This document shows, in pieces, positions 18,325 through 26,255 of a stretch of 64,000 bases of DNA. The first letter of the stretch is position 1. Each line of letters opens with the position of its first letter. The stretch is from contig JBDRVV010000009.1 of NCBI GenBank assembly GCA_039802005.1, positions 3,549 to 67,548 of the forward strand, given 5' to 3'. The notes below the pieces were generated by a model. That model saw only the letters and a list, made by a program, of their open reading frames with translations, ran no database searches and had not been told where the DNA came from. Both the position numbers and the translations under genes were made by a program. The stretch comes from a candidate division WOR-3 bacterium. GTDB lineage: Bacteria; Hydrothermota; Tepidihabitantia; SM23-42; JAOAFX01.

Positions 18325-20931
18325 ATGAAGATATTTATAGATTACCTAAAACAAAAGTTACATTCGGGTTGGGTTATTGCCAACCATATCCTGGTTTCAT
18401 TCCATGTTGCCTTTATCTCTTCTGTTTTGTGCATTCCAAAAGGTTTGCAGGGAAAGGAGGTATTAGGATTTGTCTTTACAAGTGTTGATACAATAATCTC
18501 GGCACTCTTCTGGTTTATAAGTTTCCATACCGGGATCGCTATCCACGAGATGGGGCACTATTTGAGGGCGGTTAAATTAAATGCCCTGAATGAAAATATT
18601 TTGCCGGCAGCCCAAAAAAGATATAAAAGCCCAGGATTAAGTAAACTATTCTGGTATTTAGAAATGTTCATCAAAATACCTTATGGAAAATTCACGGGAG
18701 TAAAGAAAGAAGGATTGACATATTATCCAGAAGCCCCATTCAATCTAAGCGTTGCGGCGGCAGGTCCTGAAATCAGTGGTAATATGGCACTTGTGATGTT
18801 GCCGATTGCAGTAATCCTGCTTGCAATTGGACTCATTGGCGACCATATCATTCTCACCTATATTGGCAGATTGTGCCTTGGTATCGGAACTGTAGGATTA
18901 CTTGATTTTCTACTCGCTGACCCCGGAAAATATCGCGAATTCAAAGAAAGGGAAGCAAGGGCGAAAATGAAGGCTGAAAAGATTGAAATTTCTAAAGAAA
19001 GCTGGCTAAATAAGGTCAAACAGGTAAAAGAAATGATGATGACAAAAAGAATTCAGGAAGTCACACTTCCGGATGGTGAAAAACTCCGTGCGCCCTGGCA
19101 ATATCGGAATTGTGGGATGGGTGGTAGGCATACTGAGAAAGAATATCCCGAGAGTAACATAAGTATGCAGGAGATGATGTTTGTTCCACTTTGTGCCAAA
19201 AATTACGAAGAAGCGCAGATGATTACGGTTGCGCTCCAGACACGATTGAAAGAGATTATTGAGAAGAGCGAAGGTGCACGGGTTATGGGAATCGGTCTGG
19301 AAGGTGGACTCGCACCTTATATAAGTAAGGATCCCAATGACATTGTACCAGAACAACGAATGTGGAGAATGGCGGTTCAGGCAATAAGAGACATTGGTTA
19401 TAAACCGGGTGAAGATATCGCCCTTGCCTTTGACCCCGCGGTAAGTGAATTGAGCAATGCATATCGCGAGGAATTCAATCAGCCGGATGCAGTGGGAATG
19501 TATTATTTCTGGCGTGGAGAAGAGAAAGTCGTTATGTCGCGCGACCAGATTGTTGACTTATACAAGAAGACTGTTCAAGAACTTCCTATTGTTATGTTAG
19601 AGGATGGATTTGCAGAAGATGATTATGAAGGATGGCGTCTTGTGATGAAGGAACTTGGCGATAAAATCTTTATTGTTGGTGATGACATCGTAACCACAAA
19701 AGACTCTACAATTGAAAAATGTGCAGATGACGGATTGATGAATGTTTCTCTCATAAAGGCAAATCAGATCGGAACCCTCTCTGAAACTTTAATCGCAATG
19801 CTTGTTGCGTTAGGCAAAGGGATGGATTTACTTGTATCTCATCGTTCTAAATCACCTAATGATGATATGGAGGCACAGATTGCACTTTCCGCAAATACAA
19901 TGGGATTAAAAGCAGGTGGTGGTGCTAACACCGAGCGCCTCTTCAAATATGGCTCAATTACTAAAATAATGAAAGAACTTCAAAGCGCGCGCGATAAAAA
20001 GTTTGATGAAAAAGAGTATGGTGATGTAAGGAATTTCTTAAACAATCTCGTTATAACAGATATTATTGCCTATGAGGAGCCAACCAATGCAGGTATTCCA
20101 AGTGTTGGTGTTAATATTTATGCCGGTATTCCAGGCAGCGAAGCATACAAAAAGATACTAAAAATGACGGGTTCAACGCCATTAGGTACATCGGCTGGAA
20201 CCGGTGAAGCAATCCATCTTGTTGACAGTACAATTGAACGCTCTTCTCTGACTGATAAATATTCAGATTTATTTACTCCCCAACCTGATAAAACATTTAA
20301 ATTCAAGAAAGGGCTCAAAGAATCTGATATCCTTGCGAAGAATGATTCTGAATTGACAGCGCTCTGGCAGAAAGTGCAACGTTATGAAGGGAAAGGCTGT
20401 CTCAATGCGGTCAATAATATCCTGACAATAATTGCCCCGCACTTTATCGGCAAAAAGGTTTCGGAATTTAAGTCAATATCAATGATTGATAAGATATTGT
20501 TAAACCTTGAAAAAGAGACCGCAATCCTCAGAGGTAAACTCGAAAAGAACGCTTCCCAGGATGAAGTCATTGAAATTATGCAGAGAAAAGGAAATCTCGG
20601 AATGAATGCGATACTCTCAGTTTCACTGGCGATGGGCAGGATGATTGCCCATATTCAAGGAAAAGAACTCTGGCAGTTATTAAGAGAAGAAATGAAGCAG
20701 TTAATGGCAAAAGTAATCGCGGCAAATGGCGGATGGGAAATCATAAAGGATGTAGTTCCCCAAGAAAAAGCATCTGCAATACAATCAGCCAAAGAAAATC
20801 TTGTGTCTGTTTTACAAAAAGAATTAACATTTGAAAACCTTGTAAAATGTCTCCAGAATGTTGAAAAAAGGTTGAAAAAAGAAAACAAAAAACTCTATCA
20901 GGCTTTAAGAGAGCAGGCACAGATTTATTGA
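18325..20931 (+). CDS. M50 (site-2 protease)-like membrane domain fused to a circularly permuted enolase
   Basis: aa ~1-205: TM helices, HEMGH, AAAGP; aa ~250-552: enolase barrel motifs (GGRH, QE, EGG, FDPAVSE, LEDG, VGDD, IKANQIG, SHRS, LKAG, ERLFKY); aa ~576-790: enolase N-domain motifs (GTSAG..EA, RYEGKG..AV.N, LGMNAILSVSLA). Confidence 0.88.
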   Translation: MKIFIDYLKQKLHSGWVIANHILVSFHVAFISSVLCIPKGLQGKEVLGFVFTSVDTIISALFWFISFHTGIAIHEMGHYLRAVKLNALNENILPAAQKRYKSPGLSKLFWYLEMFIKIPYGKFTGVKKEGLTYYPEAPFNLSVAAAGPEISGNMALVMLPIAVILLAIGLIGDHIILTYIGRLCLGIGTVGLLDFLLADPGKYREFKEREARAKMKAEKIEISKESWLNKVKQVKEMMMTKRIQEVTLPDGEKLRAPWQYRNCGMGGRHTEKEYPESNISMQEMMFVPLCAKNYEEAQMITVALQTRLKEIIEKSEGARVMGIGLEGGLAPYISKDPNDIVPEQRMWRMAVQAIRDIGYKPGEDIALAFDPAVSELSNAYREEFNQPDAVGMYYFWRGEEKVVMSRDQIVDLYKKTVQELPIVMLEDGFAEDDYEGWRLVMKELGDKIFIVGDDIVTTKDSTIEKCADDGLMNVSLIKANQIGTLSETLIAMLVALGKGMDLLVSHRSKSPNDDMEAQIALSANTMGLKAGGGANTERLFKYGSITKIMKELQSARDKKFDEKEYGDVRNFLNNLVITDIIAYEEPTNAGIPSVGVNIYAGIPGSEAYKKILKMTGSTPLGTSAGTGEAIHLVDSTIERSSLTDKYSDLFTPQPDKTFKFKKGLKESDILAKNDSELTALWQKVQRYEGKGCLNAVNNILTIIAPHFIGKKVSEFKSISMIDKILLNLEKETAILRGKLEKNASQDEVIEIMQRKGNLGMNAILSVSLAMGRMIAHIQGKELWQLLREEMKQLMAKVIAANGGWEIIKDVVPQEKASAIQSAKENLVSVLQKELTFENLVKCLQNVEKRLKKENKKLYQALREQAQIY

Positions 20932-20936
20932 AAATT

Positions 20937-21029
20937 TGCAGGCAACTTTCTGTGTGATTACAAATTTTAATAATATATAAGAGCCAACTTAAAAAATACA
21001 TTTAAGAGAAACACAAAAAGTTGCCTGCA
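20937..21029. repeat. 19-bp inverted repeat pair enclosing a 55-bp AT-rich spacer
   Basis: TGCAGGCAACTTTCTGTGT (20937-20955) vs ACACAAAAAGTTGCCTGCA (21011-21029), 18/19 complementary. Confidence 0.7.
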
Positions 21030-21040
21030 CCTTTTTGCTA

Positions 21041-21068
21041 TTGACTTTACACTAAAATTGATTAATCT
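21041..21068 (+). promoter_or_regulatory. Sigma70-like promoter TTGACT-N16-TAATCT, leaderless
   Basis: -10 box 6 nt before ATG at 21075. Confidence 0.55.
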
Positions 21069-21074
21069 TTATCA

Positions 21075-22742
21075 ATGTCTATTACAGCAAAAACATTCTG
21101 GGATATTGAAAAAGAAAAGACAACTGTAATATATGCAATTTTTGGAGTTCTTGTATTTTTTTATTTTTTTTCTTTTTTTATCATCTGGACTATATTTAAA
21201 CTTTTAATTTATGTAAGGCTTCAACTGGAAAATCCTCATATCCGTTTCCATCTCTTCGGCTCGGATACATTAATCGTATTTATTATTGCCCTCATACTTG
21301 CAATCATGCACTGGTTTTACACAAATCGTAATGTTGTTGAAAAAATTTTAAAATTGCTTAATGCGAAGCCACCGGATAAAAACGACCGTTATCATTATGT
21401 CTTCAAAAATATTGTGGAAGAAATCAGCATTGCTGCAGGTAAAATAGCGGTTGAACCTTATATCGTTCCAACTATAGCAATGAATGCATTTGCACTCCAG
21501 GATATTTATGGTAGAAATGTCATAGGTGTAACCGAAGGGCTCATATCAAGATTAAATCGAGATGAACTCCAGGCAGTCCTTGCCCATGAAATGGCACATA
21601 TTGTATCAAATGATTCATTATTAACAACTGTAGCAAGTTCACTATTTGGAGTATATAATGAAATGCTCAACGGCATTGTAAATAATATCAGCAAAATGAA
21701 TCGGGCTGACGAAGATATTCCTTTTAGTAAAAGCCAAAAGAATGCCGCTGCGGCCGGTTTGGTCTTCCTACCTGTATTTATCTGTCTTTTAATAATGAGT
21801 TTTTTATCCCAACTTCTATATGTTTTTATCTCGCGTGAAAAAGAATATCGGGCAGATGTGAACGCAATAAAATATACCAGAAATCCTTTGAGTCTCGCCC
21901 GTGCCCTTTATAAAATAGCAACCCATTATCGTGGGACTGCAAGTTATCTGGCACCAATTTTTATCTTAAGTCCTGAGGCAAATCCACTTGAAGAGCGAGA
22001 AGATTTTTTTGCAAACTTATTCTCCACCCACCCCCCTTTCACAAAAAGGCTTCAACTAATCCTTGACCAGGCGCACGCTGACTTAAGCCAGATTACCGAA
22101 GAGATTTATAAAATACCACGAAGTGAAGAACAGACAAAACCAACCAAGTCTGAAATTTTTATAAAAAAAGAAGAAAGATGGCTTGGACCTTATACATTGC
22201 TTCAACTCCAATCTTTAGACTTTTTAACCCCTGATACCGAGGTTAAAATTAAAGGTACCGAACAGATAGTAAAGGCAGAATCAATTCCTGCATTAGACCA
22301 TTATTTTAAAATAAAAAATACTCCTCTGTGGAAGATGCGACGTATATGCCCGGTATGTAATGAATGGTTAATAGTCCAGGAATATGAGGGATTGTATGTC
22401 TGGCGTTGTGCATTTTGCGATGGGCTACTTGTGGAAAGAGAAAAACTGCCGAGAATAATTGTGCGCGAAGAAAAAGAATTTTCTGAAGAGACCATACGTA
22501 TCGCATCTTTTATTCTTGCTGAAGCCAAAAAGAAAAAACCAAATTTCAAATTGCTCATAGAGACCGTTAACAAGAGAAAATGCCCAAAATGTGGTAAACC
22601 GATGGTGCGTAAATTGTATAGTTATGTATACCATATTGAGATTGACGAGTGTAATGAATGTAATTTAATCTGGTTTGATAAAAATGAACTTGAGATATTA
22701 CAATGTTTAATTGAAATGGAGGAAAAAGATGGAAAAGGATAA
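21075..22742 (+). CDS. HtpX-like M48 zinc metalloprotease with C-terminal GYF-like motif and two zinc ribbons
   Basis: TM segments, NAFA, HEMAH, SREKEYRAD, STHPP; WLGPY; CPVC..CAFCDG and CPKC..CNEC..WFD. Confidence 0.85.
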   Translation: MSITAKTFWDIEKEKTTVIYAIFGVLVFFYFFSFFIIWTIFKLLIYVRLQLENPHIRFHLFGSDTLIVFIIALILAIMHWFYTNRNVVEKILKLLNAKPPDKNDRYHYVFKNIVEEISIAAGKIAVEPYIVPTIAMNAFALQDIYGRNVIGVTEGLISRLNRDELQAVLAHEMAHIVSNDSLLTTVASSLFGVYNEMLNGIVNNISKMNRADEDIPFSKSQKNAAAAGLVFLPVFICLLIMSFLSQLLYVFISREKEYRADVNAIKYTRNPLSLARALYKIATHYRGTASYLAPIFILSPEANPLEEREDFFANLFSTHPPFTKRLQLILDQAHADLSQITEEIYKIPRSEEQTKPTKSEIFIKKEERWLGPYTLLQLQSLDFLTPDTEVKIKGTEQIVKAESIPALDHYFKIKNTPLWKMRRICPVCNEWLIVQEYEGLYVWRCAFCDGLLVEREKLPRIIVREEKEFSEETIRIASFILAEAKKKKPNFKLLIETVNKRKCPKCGKPMVRKLYSYVYHIEIDECNECNLIWFDKNELEILQCLIEMEEKDGKG

Positions 22743-23379
22743 AAAAATATTTGCAGAAAAAATAATTGACGGAATAAAAAGGCATTTTCCAAATCCCAAG
22801 ATTGAACTAAATTATAGAAATGAATTTGAACTTTTGATCGCAGTCCTTCTATCTGCCCAGACTACCGATAAGAAAGTCAATGAAGTCACACCACAGTTGT
22901 TCGCAAAATATCCAACACCCCAGAAACTTGCACAGGCGGATATAAATGATTTATATAAAATAATCAAGCCACTCGGCTTCTTTAAAAGAAAATCTGAGCT
23001 CATAAAGAAATGTGCGGAAACGATATGTAAAAAATTTAATGGTAAAATTCCAGCAACAATTGAAGAACTTGTTCAATTGCCCGGTGTAGGCAGAAAAACC
23101 GCTTCTGCAGTCCTGGTAAATGCCTTCAATAAACCTGCAATTGTGGTTGATACCCATGTAATACGGGTTGCAACGGAAAGATTAAAACTCAGCAAGGCAA
23201 AAGACCCTGATAAAATTGAACAGGATCTGGCAAAAATTTTTCCGAAAAATGATTGGCAATTTATAGCGAATGGACTCGTATTATTTGGGAGATATGTCTG
23301 CACTGCAAAAAATCCCAATTGTTCTTCCTGCTATATATATAACCTATGTCCTTACGAAAATAAAACATCTAAAAAATAA
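22729..23379 (+). CDS. nth: Endonuclease III
   Basis: LSAQTTD, HhH LPGVGRKTA, VDTHV, C-x6-C-x2-C-x5-C; start placed at MEKD after GGAG. Confidence 0.95.
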   Translation: MEKDKKIFAEKIIDGIKRHFPNPKIELNYRNEFELLIAVLLSAQTTDKKVNEVTPQLFAKYPTPQKLAQADINDLYKIIKPLGFFKRKSELIKKCAETICKKFNGKIPATIEELVQLPGVGRKTASAVLVNAFNKPAIVVDTHVIRVATERLKLSKAKDPDKIEQDLAKIFPKNDWQFIANGLVLFGRYVCTAKNPNCSSCYIYNLCPYENKTSKK

Positions 23380-23403
23380 ATTGCATCCAGGAAAATTTTG
23401 TAA

Positions 23404-24660
23404 ATGATTAAAAAATTATCAAAAAACTTTGTCATATTAGTTTTTGGAGAAGGTTTTAGCCATTTTATGGGTTTTATCATTAATGCGTATATAGCCCGTA
23501 AACTGGGTGTAGATGGCTTCGGGGTAATAAATTACAGTCTTGCATTTTTGACTTATCTATTACTTTTCAGTACTATGGGTCTACCCACATTGGGTGCACG
23601 AGAAGTCGCGCGGGACCACAACAATACACAGATAATCGGCGAAATAACTGGAGTAAGATTTTTTTTAACACTAATCCTTTATAGTATATTTCTATCTTTC
23701 CTCTTTATCATTCCAGGTAATCCAATAACGAAAAAAGTAATTTTGTTATACATTTTTGCCGGATTTCCTTATGCCTTTTATTTAGAATTTGTATTTCAGG
23801 CAAGAGAAGAAATGGAATATGTTGCCGGCGGCAGGATAATTCAATATTTAGGTTATTTTATTTTTTTATTGATTTTATTTAAAGATAAAAATCAAATTCT
23901 TGCCGTTCCTTTTTCGTTTTTGGGTGGTTATATTATAGCGACATTATTTTTGATTGTAATTTTTTTACACAAATATAAAAAAATATATTTTTCTATCAAT
24001 TTTCACCGGTTTCATCAAATCCTTACTGCCGCCCTGCCCATTGGTATTGCTACAATCATTTATCAAGCAGTGATCAACTTCCCCGTAATATCTCTGGGTA
24101 TATTCCATAGTGATAGTGAAGTTGGACTTTTTAGTGCTGGATTCAAGATAATACTTTTACTTTTAATCATAGAACGGGCATTTTATTATCTCCTCTTCCC
24201 CACCTTTTCGAAACAAGACCCCCCAAAATTAGAAAAAAGCCTTGTGTTTTTCTCTCAACTCATCTTAGGTATTACATTATTTATTGCGGTTATTGGATTT
24301 ATATTTGCGAAAAATATTATTACATTGATATATGGTCCTAATTTTGTACCTGGCTCAGTGGTATTACGAATTTTATTACTATATTTTATAATTGCGCCCC
24401 TTAATACCATTTGGGGTTATGCATTAATTGCCCTCAACCATGAAAAGAAATTTTTATATGTCATTGTTATAATCGCCATTTTAAATTTGATTTTAATGCT
24501 TATATTTGGTTATTTATTTAAAAGCAGCGGCGTTGCTATGTCAATGGTGTTCAGTGAATTAGCAGGTTTAATAATTATGAAAAAAAACTTGAATTCTGTT
24601 GTCAATTTTCGTTTTTTTTCGCGATTTAAATTTGAAGAAATAAAATACTTATCAAAATAA
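23404..24660 (+). CDS. Polysaccharide flippase (Wzx/MOP superfamily)
   Basis: ARKLGVDGFG, GAREVAR, multiple TM helices. Confidence 0.85.
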   Translation: MIKKLSKNFVILVFGEGFSHFMGFIINAYIARKLGVDGFGVINYSLAFLTYLLLFSTMGLPTLGAREVARDHNNTQIIGEITGVRFFLTLILYSIFLSFLFIIPGNPITKKVILLYIFAGFPYAFYLEFVFQAREEMEYVAGGRIIQYLGYFIFLLILFKDKNQILAVPFSFLGGYIIATLFLIVIFLHKYKKIYFSINFHRFHQILTAALPIGIATIIYQAVINFPVISLGIFHSDSEVGLFSAGFKIILLLLIIERAFYYLLFPTFSKQDPPKLEKSLVFFSQLILGITLFIAVIGFIFAKNIITLIYGPNFVPGSVVLRILLLYFIIAPLNTIWGYALIALNHEKKFLYVIVIIAILNLILMLIFGYLFKSSGVAMSMVFSELAGLIIMKKNLNSVVNFRFFSRFKFEEIKYLSK

Positions 24661-24675
24661 CAAAAGATACAACCC

Positions 24676-24703
24676 TTGACATTCTTTTTTTTTTAATTAT
24701 AAT
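24676..24703 (+). promoter_or_regulatory. Sigma70-like promoter TTGACA-N16-TATAAT for tRNA
   Basis: Perfect hexamers 7 nt before the tRNA 5' end. Confidence 0.8.
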
Positions 24704-24710
24704 ATGCTAT

Positions 24711-24782
<72 letters not shown>

Positions 24783-24803
24783 TTTAAATAAAAAGGGGTT
24801 TTG

Positions 24804-24971
24804 ATGGAAAGAAGAAAAAAGTTAGAGAGGAGAAAAGGCGAGAGAAGAAAGTTGCTAATCGAAGATGAATTTCGCAAATTGATTGAGGAAGGAAAAGTAA
24901 GCAAAAATGACCGCCGCTCCTGGACTGATAGACGTAAATTTAAAAGAAGAAAAAAACAAATCGGAATCTGA
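24804..24971 (+). CDS. Small basic protein with repeated ERR/DRR motifs (55 aa)
   Basis: Not in ORF track. MERRKKLERRKGERRKLLIEDEFRKLIEEGKVSKNDRRSWTDRRKFKRRKKQIGI; AAGGGG RBS; TGA abuts next ATG. Confidence 0.75.
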   Translation: MERRKKLERRKGERRKLLIEDEFRKLIEEGKVSKNDRRSWTDRRKFKRRKKQIGI

Positions 24972-25199
24972 ATGCCAATCTTTGAATTTAAATGCAAAAA
25001 ATGTTTTAATAAATTTGAAGAACTTGTTTTCAAAAATAGTGATCTGGATGATATAAAATGTCCCAAATGTCAGGGAAAAGAAATAGAAAAATTAATTTCT
25101 GTTTTTGGTTTTCGTAGCACAGGCTCAAATGGCAAAACGATAAGTACAGGAAGTTCCTGTACTGGATGTCAGCGAACAACCTGTGCAGGTTGTAAATAA
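24972..25199 (+). CDS. FmdB-family zinc-ribbon protein
   Basis: MPIFEFKC..C...FE.....CPKC; Cys-rich tail. Confidence 0.88.
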   Translation: MPIFEFKCKKCFNKFEELVFKNSDLDDIKCPKCQGKEIEKLISVFGFRSTGSNGKTISTGSSCTGCQRTTCAGCK

Positions 25200-25212
25200 A
25201 CAGGAGGTTAAA

Positions 25213-25506
25213 ATGCGCCGTGAATATCTTATTGAAGCAATATCGGCAAAATTTGGTTCTATATACCCTAAGATTGATATTGAAAAACTTATTGATGCAT
25301 TCCTTGATCTTATCATAGATACTTTGATAAAAGAAAAAAGGGTGGAAATTAGAAAATTTGGCACATTTGAATTAAGAAAAAGACCGGGCAGAACATCAAG
25401 GGCTCCTAAATCGGGTAAGGAATTCACCCTACCAGACCGATATGTTCCTTTCTTTAAACCATCTAAGGTATTCAAAAAGTTGATAATGGATAGAACAAAG
25501 CCATAG
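25213..25506 (+). CDS. HU/IHF-family DNA-binding protein
   Basis: VEIRKFGTF..RKR.GR..R.PKSG....P.F.PS; GGAGG RBS before ATG 25213. Confidence 0.9.
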   Translation: MRREYLIEAISAKFGSIYPKIDIEKLIDAFLDLIIDTLIKEKRVEIRKFGTFELRKRPGRTSRAPKSGKEFTLPDRYVPFFKPSKVFKKLIMDRTKP

Positions 25507-25603
25507 TTTTGAAATAGAATATTGCAAAATCAGAATATTAGAGTATTAATAGTGTTAGAAAAATCTTTAACTGATGTCTTGGATATATTGATAAACCTTT
25601 AAT

Positions 25604-26173
25604 ATGGATGTCTTTGAAGCAATCAAATGGCGGAGGAGCGTAAGAAAGTTTTTACCACAAAAGATAGAAAAAGAAAAAATTTTAAAAATACTTGAGGCTG
25701 GAAGGCTTGCCCCTTCTTCAAGCAACCGCCAGGCGTGGCATTTTATAGTTGTAGATGACGAAAATCTAATAAAACAAATCCCGGAAAAGGTTGTTATTGG
25801 CACGAAGAGTATCATATCATGGATCCAAGATGCCCCGCTTGTTATTGTTGGCTGCTACACAAAGGCAGTAACCCATTTCGTGGCAGGACTTTATGGAAGA
25901 GAAAATCATTTAATCGACATTACAATTGCAATGACCCATATGGTTCTTGAGGCAACCGAGCTTGGTATAGGTACCTGTTATATTGGCTGGTTCAATGAAA
26001 AGCACTTAAAGAAAATTTTAAAAATCCCTGACCATTACCGTGTTGCAATGCTCGTTGTAATGGGGTATCCTGCAGAGCCTTCTACACCAGATGGTATCGG
26101 TGGGATAAAACCAAGACCAAGAAAGGATCTAAAAGAAATTGTTTCATATAATATCTGGGGTAAAAACTTTTAA
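25604..26173 (+). CDS. Nitroreductase family protein
   Basis: RRSVRKF, APSSSNRQ.W.F, LGIGTCYIG. Confidence 0.9.
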   Translation: MDVFEAIKWRRSVRKFLPQKIEKEKILKILEAGRLAPSSSNRQAWHFIVVDDENLIKQIPEKVVIGTKSIISWIQDAPLVIVGCYTKAVTHFVAGLYGRENHLIDITIAMTHMVLEATELGIGTCYIGWFNEKHLKKILKIPDHYRVAMLVVMGYPAEPSTPDGIGGIKPRPRKDLKEIVSYNIWGKNF

Positions 26174-26211
26174 TTTTCCAATCTCTCAGTGCAATAAATA
26201 AGTTGAACAAT

Positions 26212-26237
26212 AAAAAGCCCCGGCATTAAGCCGGGGC
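26212..26237 (-). terminator. Rho-independent terminator
   Basis: GCCCCGGC-ttaat-GCCGGGGC then TTTTT on the minus strand, after gene end 26256. Confidence 0.8.
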
Positions 26238-26255
26238 CCTGATTTATATGTTTTT

